Source: Eledone cirrhosa
Taxonomy: Eukaryota
NCBI GenBank assembly: GCA_964016885.1
Contig: OZ024744.1
Span: forward strand, 8,866,001 to 8,930,000
Direction of reading: 5' to 3'
Length of the DNA stretch: 64,000 nt
Positions 40,081-54,600 of this stretch are shown piece by piece (the stretch's first letter is position 1; each line of letters begins with the position of its first letter). Made by a program: the position numbers and the translations under genes. The notes beneath the pieces are model-generated. The model was not told the origin of the DNA, did no database searches, and was given only the letters and a program-made list of their open reading frames with translations.

Positions 40081-41399
40081 CTAGCCTGAGTGTCACGTGA
40101 TGGATTCTTTAGAATCTACCATTTGACCAGTGACAGCGAGATTTTCAGTGCATGGAATCCAGTCCCCGCTAGCTGTTCCATTTACCGAATTATTATTATT
40201 TTTATATGAGTCCCCAGTGTCCGCGCATTGCCTGGAGACTTAGCTGAGAATAGACCTCCCTGATGACGCAATGAATTCTCAACAGTTTAGTACGTAACTG
40301 TCTTTATCCCATTGCAGAAACTAATTAGTTGGAGTGAACATTTTAGTAAGTAAGTTAATTTTTAAAAAATTTTTTAAATCTTCTTATTTTACGTCTTTTA
40401 TATTATTGTTCTGCATCCTCCTGCATTGAACCACCTAGGTACTATGACATAACCTGTGTATTTGCAGACATTAGCGTACATCTGTGCGCATATGTTAGTA
40501 GATATACTAAATTCTCTATATTTATCTCCAAATCACTTTGTCGAGTAAACCTGCCAAAACCACTACTAAATTTTTGGTGTGTTAGTAGGCTTCTGTCATC
40601 TTACCATCCCACTCCTACCGACTAGCCTCAGTGTCACGTGATTGATTTTTTAGAATCTACCATTTGACCAGTGACAGCGGGATTTTCAGTGCATGGAATC
40701 CAGTCCCCGCTAGCTGTTCCATTTACCGAATTATTATTATTTTTATATGAGTCCCCAGTGTCCGCGCATTGCCTGGAGACTTAGCTGAGAATAGACCTCC
40801 CTGATGACGCAATGAATTCTCAACAGTTTATTACGTAACTGTCTTTATCCCATTGCAGAAACTAATTAGTTGGAGTGAAAATTTTAGTAAGTAAGTTAAT
40901 TTTTAAAAAGATTTTTTAAATTTTCTTATTTTACGTCTTTTATATTATTGTTCTGCATCCTCCTGCATTGAACCACCTAGGTACTATGACATAACCTGTG
41001 TATTTGCTGACATTAGCGTACATCTGTGCGCATATGTTAGTAGATATACTAAATTCTCTATATTTATCTCCAAATCACTTTGTCGAGCAAACCTGCCAAA
41101 ACCACTACTAAATTTTTGGTGTGTTAGTAGGCTTCTGTCATCTTACCATCCCACTCCTACCGACTAGCCTCAGTGTCACGTGATTGATTCTTTAGAATCT
41201 ACCATTTGACCAGTGACAGCGAGATTTTGAGTGCATGGAATCCAGTCCCCGCTAGCTGTTCTATTTACCGAATTATTATTATTTTTATATGAGTCCCCAG
41301 TGTCCGCGCGTTGCCTGGAGACTTAGCTGAGAATAGACCTCCCTGATGACGCAATGAATTCTCAACAGTTTATTACGTAACTGTCTTTATCCCATTGCA

Positions 41400-44300
41400 G
41401 AAACTAATTAGTTGGAGTGAAAATTTTAGTAAGTAAGTTAATTTTTAAAAATATTTTTTTAATTTTCTTATTTTACGTCTTTTATTATATTGTTCTGCAT
41501 CCTCCTGCATTGAACCACCTAGGTACTATGACATAACCTGTGTATTTGCTGACATTAGCGTACATCTGTGCGCATATGTTAGTAGATATACTAAATTCTC
41601 TATATTTAACTACAAATCACTTTGTCGAGCAAACCTGCCAAAACCACTACTAAATTTTTGGTGTGTTAGTAGGCTTCTGTCATCTTACCATCCCACTCCT
41701 ACCGACTAGCCTCAGTGTCACGTGATTGATTCTTTAGAATCTACCATTTGACCAGTGACAGCGAGATTTTGAGTGCATGGAATCCAGTCCCCGCTAGCTG
41801 TTCCATTTACCGAATTATTATTATTTTTATATGAGTCCCCAGTGTCCGCGCATTGCCTGGAGACTTAGCTGAGAATAGACCTCCCTGATGACGCAATGAA
41901 TTATCAACAGTTTATTACGTAACTGTCTTTATCCCATTGCAGAAACTAATTAGTTGGAGTGAACATTTTAGTAAGTAAGTTAATTTTTAAAAAATTTTTT
42001 AAAATTTTCTTATTTTACGTCTTTTATATTATTGTTCTGCATACTCCTGCATTGAACCACCTAGGTACTATGACATAACCTGTGTATTTGCTGACATTAG
42101 CGTACATCTGTGCGCATATGTTAGTAGATATACTAAATTCTCTATATTTATCTCCAAATCACTTTGTCGAGTAAACCTACCAAAACCACTACTAAATTTT
42201 TGGTGTGTTAGTAGGCTTCTGTCATCTTACCATCCCACTCCTACCGACTAGCCTCAGTGTCACCTGATTGATTTTTTAGAATCTACCATTTGACCAGTGA
42301 CAGCGAGATTTTAAGTGCATGGAATCCAGTCCCCGCTAGCTGTTCCATTTACCGAATTATTATTATTTTTATATGAGACCCCAGTGACCGCGCATTGCCT
42401 GGAGACTTAGCTGAGAATAGACCTCCCTGATGAGGCAATGAATTCTCAACAGTTTATTACGTAACTGTCTTTATCCCATTGCAGAAACTAATTAGTTGGA
42501 GTGAAAACTTTAGTAAGTAAGTTAATTTTTAAAAATATTTTTTTAATTTTCTTATTTTACGTCTTTTATTATATTGTTCTGCATCCTCCTGCATTGAACC
42601 ACCTAGGTACTATGACATAACCTGTGTATTTGCTGACATTAGCGTACATCTGTGCGCATATGTTAGTAGATATACTAAATTCTCTATATTTAACTACAAA
42701 TCACTTTGTCGAGCAAACCTGCCAAAACCACTACTAAATTTTTGGTGTGTTAGTAGGCTTCTGTCATCTTACCATCCCACTCCTACCGACTAGCCTCAGT
42801 GTCACGTGATTGATTTTTTAGAATCTACCATTTGACCAGTGACAGCGAGATTTTCAGTGCATGGAATCCAGTCCCCGCTAGCTGTTCCATTTACCGAATT
42901 ATTATTATTTTTATATGAGTCCCCAGTGTCCGCGCATTGCCTGGAGACTTAGCTGAGAATAGACCTCCCTGATGACGCAATGAATTATCAACAGTTTATT
43001 ACGTAACTGTCTTTATCCCATTGCAGAAACTAATTAGTTGGAGTGAAAATTTTAGTAAGTAAGTTAATTTTTTAAACATTTTTTTAAATTTTCTTATTTT
43101 ACGTCCTTTATGTTATTGTTCTGCATCCTCCTGCATTGAACCACCTAGATACTATGACATAACCTGTGTATTTGCTGACATTAGCGTACATCTGTGCGCA
43201 TATGTTAGTAGATATACTAAATTCTCTATATTTATCACCAAATCACTTTGTCGAGCAAACCTGCCAAAACCACTACTAAATTTTTGGTGTGTTAGTAGGC
43301 TTCTGTCATCTTACCATCCCACTCCTACCGACTAGCCTCAGTGTCACGTGATTGATTCTTTAGAATCTACCATTTGACCAGTGACAGCGAGATTTTCAGT
43401 GCATGGAATCCAGTCCCCGCTAGCTGTTCCATTTACCGAATTATTATTATTTTTATATGAGTCCCCAGTGTCCGCACATTGCCTGGAGACTTAGCTGAGA
43501 ATAGACCTCCCTGGTGAAGCAATGAATTCTCAACAGTTTATTACGTAACTGTCTTTATCCCATTGCAGAAACTAATTAGTTGGAGTGAAAATTTTAGTAA
43601 GTTAATTTTTGAAAGCTTTTTTGAAATTTTCTTATTTTACGTCTTTTATATTATTGTTCTGCATCCTCCTGCATTGAACCACCTAGGTACTATGACATAA
43701 CCTGTGTATTTGCTGACATTAGCGTACATCTGTGCGCATATGTTAGTAGATATACTAAATTCTCTATATTTATCTCCAAATCACTTTGTCGAGCAAACCT
43801 GCCAAAACCACTACTAAATTTTTGGTGTGTTAGTAGGCTTCTGTCATCTTACCATCCCACTCCTACCGACTAGCCTCAGTGTCACGTGATTGATTCTTTA
43901 GAATCTACCATTTGACCAGTGACAGCGAGATTTTCAGTGCATGGAATCCAGTCCCCGCTAGCTGTTCCATTTACCGAATTATTATTATTTTTATATGAGT
44001 CCCCAGTGTCCGCGCATTGCCTGGAGACTTAGCTGAGAATAGACCTCCCTGATGACGCAATGAATTCTCAACAGTTTATTACGTAACTGTCTTTATCCCA
44101 TTGCAGAAACTAATTAGTTGGAGTGAAAACTTTAGTAAGTAAGTTAATTTTTTTAAGTTTTTTTTTTAATTTTTATTTTACGTCTTTTAACCACCTAGGT
44201 ACTATGACATAACCTGTGTATTTGCTGACAATAGCGTACATCTGTGCGCATATGTTAGTAGATATACTAAATTCTCTATATTTATCTCCAAATCACTTTG

Positions 44301-45300
44301 TCAAGTAAACCTGCCAAAACCACTACTAAATTTTTGGTGTGTTAGTAGGCTTCTGTCATCTTACCATCCCACTCCTACCGACTAGCCTCAGTGTCACGTG
44401 ATTGATTCTTTAGAATCTACCATTTGACCAGTGACAGCGAGATTTTCAGTGCATGGAATCCAGTCCTCGCTAGCTGTTCCATTTACCGAATTATTATTAT
44501 TTTTATATGAGTCCCCAGTGTCCGCGCATTGCCTGGAGACTTAGCTGAGAATAGACCTCCCTGATGCCGCAATGAATTCTCAACAGTTTATTACGTAACT
44601 GTCTTTATCCCATTGCAGAAACTAATTAGTTAGAGTGAACATTTTAGTAAGTAAGTTTTATTTTTTTAAAGTTTTTTTTAATTTTCTTATTTTACGTCTT
44701 TTGTATTATTGTTCTGCATCCTCCTGCATTGAACCACCTAGATACTATGACATAACCTCTGTATTTGCTGACATTAGCGTACATCTGTGCGCATATGTTA
44801 GTAGATATACTAAATTCTCTATATTTATATCCAAATCACTTTTTCGAGCAAACCTGCCAAAACCACTACTAAATTTTTGGTGTGTTAGCAGGCTTCTGTC
44901 ATCTTACCATCCCACTCCTACCGACTAGCCTCAGTGTCACGTGATTGATTCTTTAGAATCTACCATTTGACCAGTGACAGCGAGATTTTCAGTGCATGGA
45001 ATCCAGTCCCCGCTAGCTGTTCCATTTACCAAATTATTATTATTTTTATATGAGTCCCCAGTGTCCGCGCATTGCCTGGAGACTTAGCTGAGAATATACC
45101 TCCCTGATGATGCAATGAATTCTCAACAGTTTATTACGTAACTGTCTTTATCCCATTGCAGAAACTAATTAGTTGGAGTGAAAATTTTAGTAAGTAAGTT
45201 AATTTTTAAAAAAATTTTTTAAATTTTCTTATTTTACGTCTTTTATATTATTGTTCTGCATCCTCCTGCATTGAACCACCTAGGTACTATGACATAACCT
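41400..45300. repeat. Dispersed copy of the ~24.7-30.3 kb block lacking the trimer duplication
   Basis: Offset 16680 for atactcctgc (25361/42041), gtaaacctac (25491/42171) and ttaagtgcat (25631/42311). Offset then changes to 15060 (deletion 29128/44188; ORF 29575/44635). Confidence 0.83.
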
Positions 45301-47299
45301 GTGTATTTGCTGACATTAGCGTACATCTGTGCGCATATGTTAGTAGATATACTAAATTCTCTATATTTAACTCCAAATCAGTTTGTCGAGCAAACCTCCA
45401 AAACCACTACTAAATTTTTGGTGTGTTAGTAGGCTTCTGTCATCTTACCATCCCACTCCTACCGACTAGCCTCAGTGTCACCTGATTGATTTTTTAGAAT
45501 CTACCATTTGACCAGTGACAGCGAGATTTTCAGTGCATGGAATCCAGTCCCCGCTAGCTGTTCCATTTACCGAATTATTATTATTTTTATATGAGTCCCC
45601 AGTGTCCGCGCATTGCCTGGAGACTTAGCTGAGAATAGACCTCCCTGATGACGCAATGAATTCTCAACAGTTTATTACGAAACTGTCTTTATCCCATTGC
45701 AGAAACTAATTAGTTGGAGTGAAAATTTTAGTAAGTAAGTTAATTTTTTAAACATTTTAAAAATTTTCTTATTTTACGTCTTTTATATTATTGTTCTGCA
45801 TCCTCCTGCATTGAACCACCTAGATACTATGACATAACCTGTGTATTTGCTGACATTAGCGTACATCTGTGCGCATATGTTAGTAGATATACTAAATTCT
45901 CTATATTTATCTCCAAATCACTTTGTCGAGCAAACCTGCCAAAACCACTACTAAATTTTTGGTGTGTTAGTAGGCTTCTGTCATCTTACCATCCCACTCC
46001 TACCGACTAGCCTCATTGTCACGAGATTCATTCTTTAGAATCTTCCATTTGACCAGTGACAGCGAGATTTTCAGTGCATGGAATCCATTCCTCGCTAGCT
46101 GTTCCATTTACCGAATTATTATTATTTTTATATGAGTCCCCAGTGTCCGCGCATTGCCTGGAGACTTAGCTGAGAATAGACCTCCCTGATGACGCAATGA
46201 ATTCTCAACAGTTTATTACGTAACTGTCTTTATCCCATTGCAGAAACTAATTAGTTAGAGTGAACATTGTAGTAAGTAAGTTTTATTTTTTAAAAGTTTT
46301 TTTTAATTTTCTTATTTTACGTCTTTTGTATTATTGTTCTGCATCCCCCTGCATTGAACCACCTAGATACTATGACATAACCTCTGTATTTGCTGACATT
46401 AGCGTACATCTGTGCGCATATGTTAGTAGATATACTAAATTCTCTATATTTATATCCAAATCACTTTTTCGAGCAAACCTGCCAAAACCACTACTAAATT
46501 TTTGGTGTGTTAGTAGGCTTCTGCCATCTTACCATCCCACTCCTACCGACTAGCCTCAGTGTCACGTGATTGATTCTTTAGAATCTACCATTTGACCAGT
46601 GACAGCGAGATTTTCAGTGCATGGAATCCAGTCCCCGCTAGCTGTTCCATTTACCAAATTATTATTATTTTTATATGAGTCCCCAGTGTCCGCGCATTGC
46701 CTGGAGACTTAGCTGAGAATATACCTCCCTGATGATGCAATGAATTCTCAACAGTTTATTACGAAACTGTCTTTATCCCATTGCAGAAACTAATTAGTTG
46801 GAGTGAAAATTTTAGTAAGTAAGTTAATTTTTAAAAAAAATTTTTAAATTTTCTTATTTTACGTCTTTTATATTATTGTTCTGCATCCTCCTGCATTGAA
46901 CCACCTAGGTACTATGACATAACCTGTGTATTTGCTGACATTAGCGTACATCTGTGCGCATATGTTAGTAGATATACTAAATTCTCTATATTTAACTCCA
47001 AATCAGTTTGTCGAGCAAACCTCCAAAACCACTACTAAATTTTTGGTGTGTTAGTAGGCTTCTGTCATCTTACCATCCCACTCCTACCGACTAGCCTCAG
47101 TGTCACCTGATTGATTTTTTAGAATCTACCATTTGACCAGTGACAGCGAGATTTTCAGTGCATGGAATCCAGTCCCCGCTAGCTGTTCCATTTACCGAAT
47201 TATTATTATTTTTATATGAGTCCCCAGTGTCCGCGCATTGCCTGGAGACTTAGCTGAGAATAGACCTCCCTGATGACGCAATGAATTCTCAACAGTTTA

Positions 47300-50200
47300 T
47301 TACGAAACTGTCTTTATCCCATTGCAGAAACTAATTAGTTGGAGTGAAAATTTTAGTAAGTAAGTTAATTTTTTAAACATTTTAAAAATTTTCTTATTTT
47401 ACGTCTTTTATATTATTGTTCTGCATCCTCCTGCATTGAACCACCTAGATACTATGACATAACCTGTGTATATGCTGACATTAGCGTACATCTGTGCGCA
47501 TATGTTAGTAGATATACTAAATTCTCTATATTTATCTCCAAATCACTTTGTCAAGTAAACCTGCCAAAACCACTACTAAATTTATGGTGTGTTAGTAGGC
47601 TTCTGTCATCTTACCATCCCACTCCTACCGACTAGCCTCAGTGTCACGTGATTGATTCTTTAGAATCTACCATTTGACCAGTGACAGCGAGATTTTCAGT
47701 GCATGGAATCCAGTCCCCGCTAGCTGTTCCATTTACCGAATTATTATTATTTTTATATGAGTCCCCAGTGTCCGCGCATTGCCTGGAGACTTAGCTGAGA
47801 ATAGACCTCCCTGATGACGCAATGAATTCTCAACAGTTTATTACGTAACTGTCTTTATCCCATTGCAGAAACTAATTAGTTGGAGTGAACATTTTAGTAA
47901 GTAAGTTAATTTTTTAGAAGTTTTTTTTAAATTTCTTATTTTACGTCTTTTGTATTATTTTTCTGCATCCTCCTGCATTGAACCACCTAGATACTATGAC
48001 ATAACCTGTGTATATGCTGACATTAGCGTACATCTGTGCGCATATGTTAGTAGATATACTAAATTCTCTATATTTATATCCAAATCACTTTTTCGAGCAA
48101 ACCTGCCAAAACCACTACTAAATTTTTGGTGTGTTAGTAGGCTTCTGTCATCTTACCATCCCACTCCTACCGACTAGCCTCAGTGTCACGTGATTGATTC
48201 TTTAGAATCTACCATTTGACCAGTGACAGCGAGATTTTCAGTGCATGGAATCCAGTCCCCGCTAGCTGTTCCATTTACCGAATTATTATTATTTTTATAT
48301 GAGTCCCCAGTGTCCGCGCATTGCCTGGAGACTTAGCTGAGAATAGACCTCCCTGATGATGCAATGAATTCTCAACAGTTTATTACGTAACTGTCTTTAT
48401 CCCATTGCAGAAACTAATTAGTTGGAGTGAAAATTTTAGTAAGTTAATTTTAAAAAAAAATTTTTTAATTTTCATATTTTACATCTTTTATATTATTGTT
48501 CTGCATCCTCCTGCATTGAACCACCTAGGTACTATGACATAACCTGTGTATTTGCTGACATTAGCGTACATCTGTGCGCATATGTTAGTAGATATACTAA
48601 ATTCTCTATATTTATCTCCAAATCACTTTGTCGAGTAAACCTGCCAAAACCACTACTAAATTTTTGGTGTGTTAGTAGGCTTCTGTCATCTTACCATCCC
48701 ACTCCTACCGACTAGCCTCAGTGTCACGTGATTGATTTTTTAGAATCTACCATTTGACCAGTGACAGCGAGATTTTCAGTGCATGGAATCCAGTCCCGGC
48801 TAGCTGTTCCATTTACCGAATTATTATTATTTTTATATATGAGTCCCCAGTGTCCGCGCATTGCCTGGAGACTTAGCTGAGAATAGACCTCCCTGATGAC
48901 TCAATGAATTCTCAACAGTTTATTACGTAACTGTCTTTATCCCATTGCAGAAACTAATAAGTTGGAGTGAAAATTTTAGTAAGTTAATTTTTAAAAAATT
49001 TTTTTAAATTTTCTTATTTTACGTCTTTTATATTATTGTTCTGCATCCTCCTGCATTGAACCACCTAGATACTATGACATAACCTGTGTATTTGCTGACA
49101 TTAGCGTACATCTGTGCGCATATGTTAGTAGATATACTAAATTCTCTATATTTATCTGCAAATCACATTGTCGAGCAAACCTGCCAAAACCACTACTAAA
49201 TTTTTGGTGTGTTAGTAGGCTTCTGTCATCTTACCATCCCACTCCTACCGACTAGCCTCAGTGTCACGTGATTGATTCTTTAGAATCTACCATTTGACCA
49301 GTGACGGCGAGATTTTCAGTGCATGGAATCCAGTCCCCGCTAGCTGTTCCATTTACCGAATTATTATTATTTTTATATGAGTCCCCAGTGTCCGCGCATT
49401 GCCTGGAGACTTAGCTGAGAATAGACCTCCCTGATGACGCAATGAATTCTCAACAGTTTATTACGAAACTGTCTTTATCCCATTGCAGAAACTAATTAGT
49501 TGGAGTGAAAATTTTAGTAAGTAAGTTAATTTTTTAAACATTTTAAAAATTTTCTTATTTTACGTCTTTTATATTATTGTTCTGCATCCTCCTGCATTGA
49601 ACCACCTAGATACTATGACATAACCTGTGTATATGCTGACATTAGCGTACATCTGTGCGCATATGTTAGTAGATATACTAAATTCTCTATATTTATCTCC
49701 AAATCACTTTGTCAAGTAAACCTGCCAAAACCACTACTAAATTTATGGTGTGTTAGTAGGCTTCTGTCATCTTACCATCCCACTCCTACCGACTAGCCTC
49801 AGTGTCACGTGATTGATTCTTTAGAATCTACCATTTGACCAGTGACAGCGAGATTTTCAGTGCATGGAATCCAGTCCCCGCTAGCTGTTCCATTTACCGA
49901 ATTATTATTATTTTTATATGAGTCCCCAGTGTCCGCGCATTGCCTGGAGACTTAGCTGAGAATAGACCTCCCTGATGACGCAATGAATTCTCAACAGTTT
50001 ATTACGTAACTGTCTTTATCCCATTGCAGAAACTAATTAGTTGGAGTGAACATTTTAGTAAGTAAGTTAATTTTTTAGAAGTTTTTTTTAAATTTCTTAT
50101 TTTACGTCTTTTGTATTATTTTTCTGCATCCTCCTGCATTGAACCACCTAGATACTATGACATAACCTGTGTATATGCTGACATTAGCGTACATCTGTGC

Positions 50201-51620
50201 GCATATGTTAGTAGATATACTAAATTCTCTATATTTATATCCAAATCACTTTTTCGAGCAAACCTGCCAAAACCACTACTAAATTTTTGGTGTGTTAGTA
50301 GGCTTCTGTCATCTTACCATCCCACTCCTACCGACTAGCCTCAGTGTCACGTGATTGATTCTTTAGAATCTACCATTTGACCAGTGACAGCGAGATTTTC
50401 AGTGCATGGAATCCAGTCCCCGCTAGCTGTTCCATTTACCGAATTATTATTATTTTTATATGAGTCCCCAGTGTCCGCGCATTGCCTGGAGACTTAGCTG
50501 AGAATAGACCTCCCTGATGATGCAATGAATTCTCAACAGTTTATTACGTAACTGTCTTTATCCCATTGCAGAAACTAATTAGTTGGAGTGAAAATTTTAG
50601 TAAGTTAATTTTAAAAAAAAATTTTTTAATTTTCATATTTTACATCTTTTATATTATTGTTCTGCATCCTCCTGCATTGAACCACCTAGGTACTATGACA
50701 TAACCTGTGTATTTGCTGACATTAGCGTACATCTGTGCGCATATGTTAGTAGATATACTAAATTCTCTATATTTATCTCCAAATCACTTTGTCGAGTAAA
50801 CCTGCCAAAACCACTACTAAATTTTTGGTGTGTTAGTAGGCTTCTGTCATCTTACCATCCCACTCCTACCGACTAGCCTCAGTGTCACGTGATTGATTTT
50901 TTAGAATCTACCATTTGACCAGTGACAGCGAGATTTTCAGTGCATGGAATCCAGTCCCGGCTAGCTGTTCCATTTACCGAATTATTATTATTTTTATATA
51001 TGAGTCCCCAGTGTCCGCGCATTGCCTGGAGACTTAGCTGAGAATAGACCTCCCTGATGACTCAATGAATTCTCAACAGTTTATTACGTAACTGTCTTTA
51101 TCCCATTGCAGAAACTAATAAGTTGGAGTGAAAATTTTAGTAAGTTAATTTTTAAAAAATTTTTTTAAATTTTCTTATTTTACGTCTTTTATATTATTGT
51201 TCTGCATCCTCCTGCATTGAACCACCTAGATACTATGACATAACCTGTGTATTTGCTGACATTAGCGTACATCTGTGCGCATATGTTAGTAGATATACTA
51301 AATTCTCTATATTTATCTGCAAATCACATTGTCGAGCAAACCTGCCAAAACCACTACTAAATTTTTGGTGTGTTAGTAGGCTTCTGTCATCTTACCATCC
51401 CACTCCTACCGACTAGCCTCAGTGTCACGTGATTGATTCTTTAGAATCTACCATTTGACCAGTGACGGCGAGATTTTCAGTGCATGGAATCCAGTCCCCG
51501 CTAGCTGTTCCATTTACCGAATTATTATTATTTTTATATGAGTCCCCAGTGTCCGCGCATTGCCTGGAGACTTAGCTGAGAATAGACCTCCCTGATGACG
51601 CAATGAATTCTCAACAGTTT
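47300..51620. repeat. Tandem tetramer duplication (2161-bp unit)
   Basis: tttatggtgt at 47581/49742; tcccggc at ~48794/~50955; gtgacggcga at 49301/51462; ORFs 47950/50111. Confidence 0.9.
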
Positions 51621-51699
51621 ATTACGTAACTGTCTTTATCCCATTGCAGAAACTAATTAGTTGGAGTGAAAATTTTAGTAAGTAAGTTAATTATTTAAA

Positions 51700-54600
51700 A
51701 ATTTTTAAAATTTTCTTATTTTACGTCTTTTATATTATTGTTCTGCATCCTCCTGCATTGAACCACCTAGATACTATGACATAACCTGTGTATTTGCTGA
51801 CATTAGCGTACATCTGTGCGCATATGTTAGTAGATATACTAAATTCTCTATTTTTAGCTCCAAATCACTTTGTCGAGCAAACCTGCCAAAACCACTACTA
51901 AATTTTTGGTGTGATAGTAGGCTTCTGTCATCTTACCATCCCACTCCTACCGACTAGCCTCAGTGTCACGTGATTGATTTTTTAGAATCTACCATTTGAC
52001 CAGTGACAGCGAGATTTTCAGTGCATGGAATCCAGTCCCCGCTAGCTGTTCCATTTACCAAATTATTATTATTTTTATATGTGTCCCCAGTGTCCGCGCA
52101 TTGCCTGGAGACTTAGCTGAGAATAGACCTCCCTGATGACGCAATTAATTCTCAACAGTTTATTACGTAACTGTCTTTATCCCATTGCAGAAACTAATTA
52201 GTTGGAGTGAAAATTTTAGTAAGTAAGTTAATTTTTTTAAAAATTTTTTTAATTTTCTTATTTACGTCTTTTATATTATTGTTCTGCATCCTCCTGCATT
52301 GAACCACCTAGATACTATGACATGACCTGTGTATTTGCTGACATTAGCGTGCATCTGTGCGCATATGTTAGTAGATATACTAAATTCTCTATAATCAGTT
52401 TGTCGAGCAAACCTCCAAAACCACTACTAAATTTTTGGTGTGTTAGTAGTCTTCTGTCATCTTACCATCCCACTCCTACCGACTAGCCTCAGTGTCACGT
52501 GATTGATTTTTTAGAATCTACCATTTGAACAGTGACAGCGAGATTTTCAGTGCATGGAATCCAGTCCGCGCTAGCTGTTCCATTTACCGAATTATTATTA
52601 TTTTTATATGAGTCCCCAGTGTCCGCGCATTGCCTGGAGACTTAGCTGAGAATAGACCTCCCTGATGATGCAATGAATTCTCAACAGTTTATTACGTAAC
52701 TGTCTTTATCCCATTGCAGAAACTAATTAGTTGGAGTGAAAATTTTAGTAAGTAAGTTAATTTTTAAAAAAATTTTTTTAATTTTCTTATTTTACGTCTT
52801 TTATATTATTGTTCTGCATCCTCCTGCATTGAACCACCTAGGTACTATGACATAACCTGTGTATTTGCTGACATTAGCGTACATCTGTGCGCATATGTTA
52901 GTAGATATACTAAATTCTCTATATTTAACTCCAAATCAGTTTGTCGAGCAAACCTCCAAAACCACTACTAAATTTTTGGTGTGTTAGTAGGCTTCTGTCA
53001 TCTTACCATCCCACTCCTACCGACTAGCCTCAGTGTCACCTGATTGATTTTTTAGAATCTACCATTTGACCAGTGACAGCGAGATTTTCAGTGCATGGAA
53101 TCCAGTCCCCGCTAGCTGTTCCATTTACCGAATTATTATTATTTTTATATGAGTCCCCAGTGTCCGCGCATTGCCTAGAGACTTAGCTGAGAATAGACCT
53201 CCCTGATGACGCAATGAATTCTCAACAGTTTATTACGAAACTGTCTTTATCCCATTGCAGAAACTAATTAGTTGGAGTGAAAACTTTAGTAAGTAAGTTA
53301 ATTTTTTAAACATTTTAAAAATTTTCTTATTTTACGTCTTTTATATTATTGTTCTGCATCCTCCTGCATTGAACCACCTAGATACTATGACATAACCTGT
53401 GTATTTGCTGACATTAGCGTACATCTGTGCGCATATGTTAGTATATATACTAAATTCTCTATATTTATCTCCAAATCAGTTTGTCGAGCAAACCTGCCAA
53501 AACCACTACTAAATTGTTGGTGTGTTAGTAGGCTTCTGTCATCTTACCATCCCACTCCTACCGACTAGCCTCAGTGTCACGTGATTGATTCTTTAGAATC
53601 TACCATTTGACCAGTGACAGCGAGATTTTCAGTGCATGGAATCCAGTCCCCGCTAGCTGTTCCATTTACCGAATTATTATTATTTTTATATGAGTCCCCA
53701 GTGTCCGCACATTGCCTGGAGACTTAGCTGAGAATAGACCTCCCTGATGACGCAATGAATTCTCAACAGTTTATTACGTAACTGTCTTTATCCCATTGCA
53801 GAAACTAATTAGTTGGAGTGAACATTTTAGTAAGTAAGTTAATTTTTAAAAAGTTTTTTAAAATTTTCTTATTTTACCGCTTTTATATTATTGTTCTGCA
53901 TCCTCCTGCATTGAACCACCTAGGTACTATGACATAACCTGTGTATTTGCTGACATTAGCGTACATCTGTGCGCATATGTTAGTAGATATACTAAATTCT
54001 CTATATTTATCTCCAAATCACTTTGTCGAGTAAACCTGCCAAAACCACTACTAAATTTTTGGTGTGTTAGTAGGCTTCTGTCATCTTACCATCCCACTCC
54101 TACCGACTAGCCTCAGTGTCACGTGATTGATTTTTTAGAATCTACCATTTGACCAGTGACAGCGAGATTTTCAGTGCATGGAATCCAGTCCCCGCTAGCT
54201 GTTCCATTTACCGAATTATTATTATTTTTATATATGAGTCCCCAGTGTCCGCGCATTGCCTGGAGACTTAGCTGAGAATAGACCTCCCTGATGACGCAAT
54301 GAATTCTCAACAGTTTATTACGTAACTGTCTTTATCCCATTGCAGAAACTAATAAGTTGGAGTGAAAATTTTAGTAAGTAAGTTAATTTTTAAAAAATTT
54401 TTTTTAATTTTCTTATTTTACGTCTTTTATATTATTGTTCTGCATCCTCCTGCATTGAACCACCTAGATACTATGACATAACCTGTGTATTTGCTGACAT
54501 TAGCGTACATCTGTGCGCATATGTTAGTAGATATACTAAATTCTCTATATTTATCTCCAAATCACATTGTCGAGCAAACCTGCCAAAACCACTACTAAAT

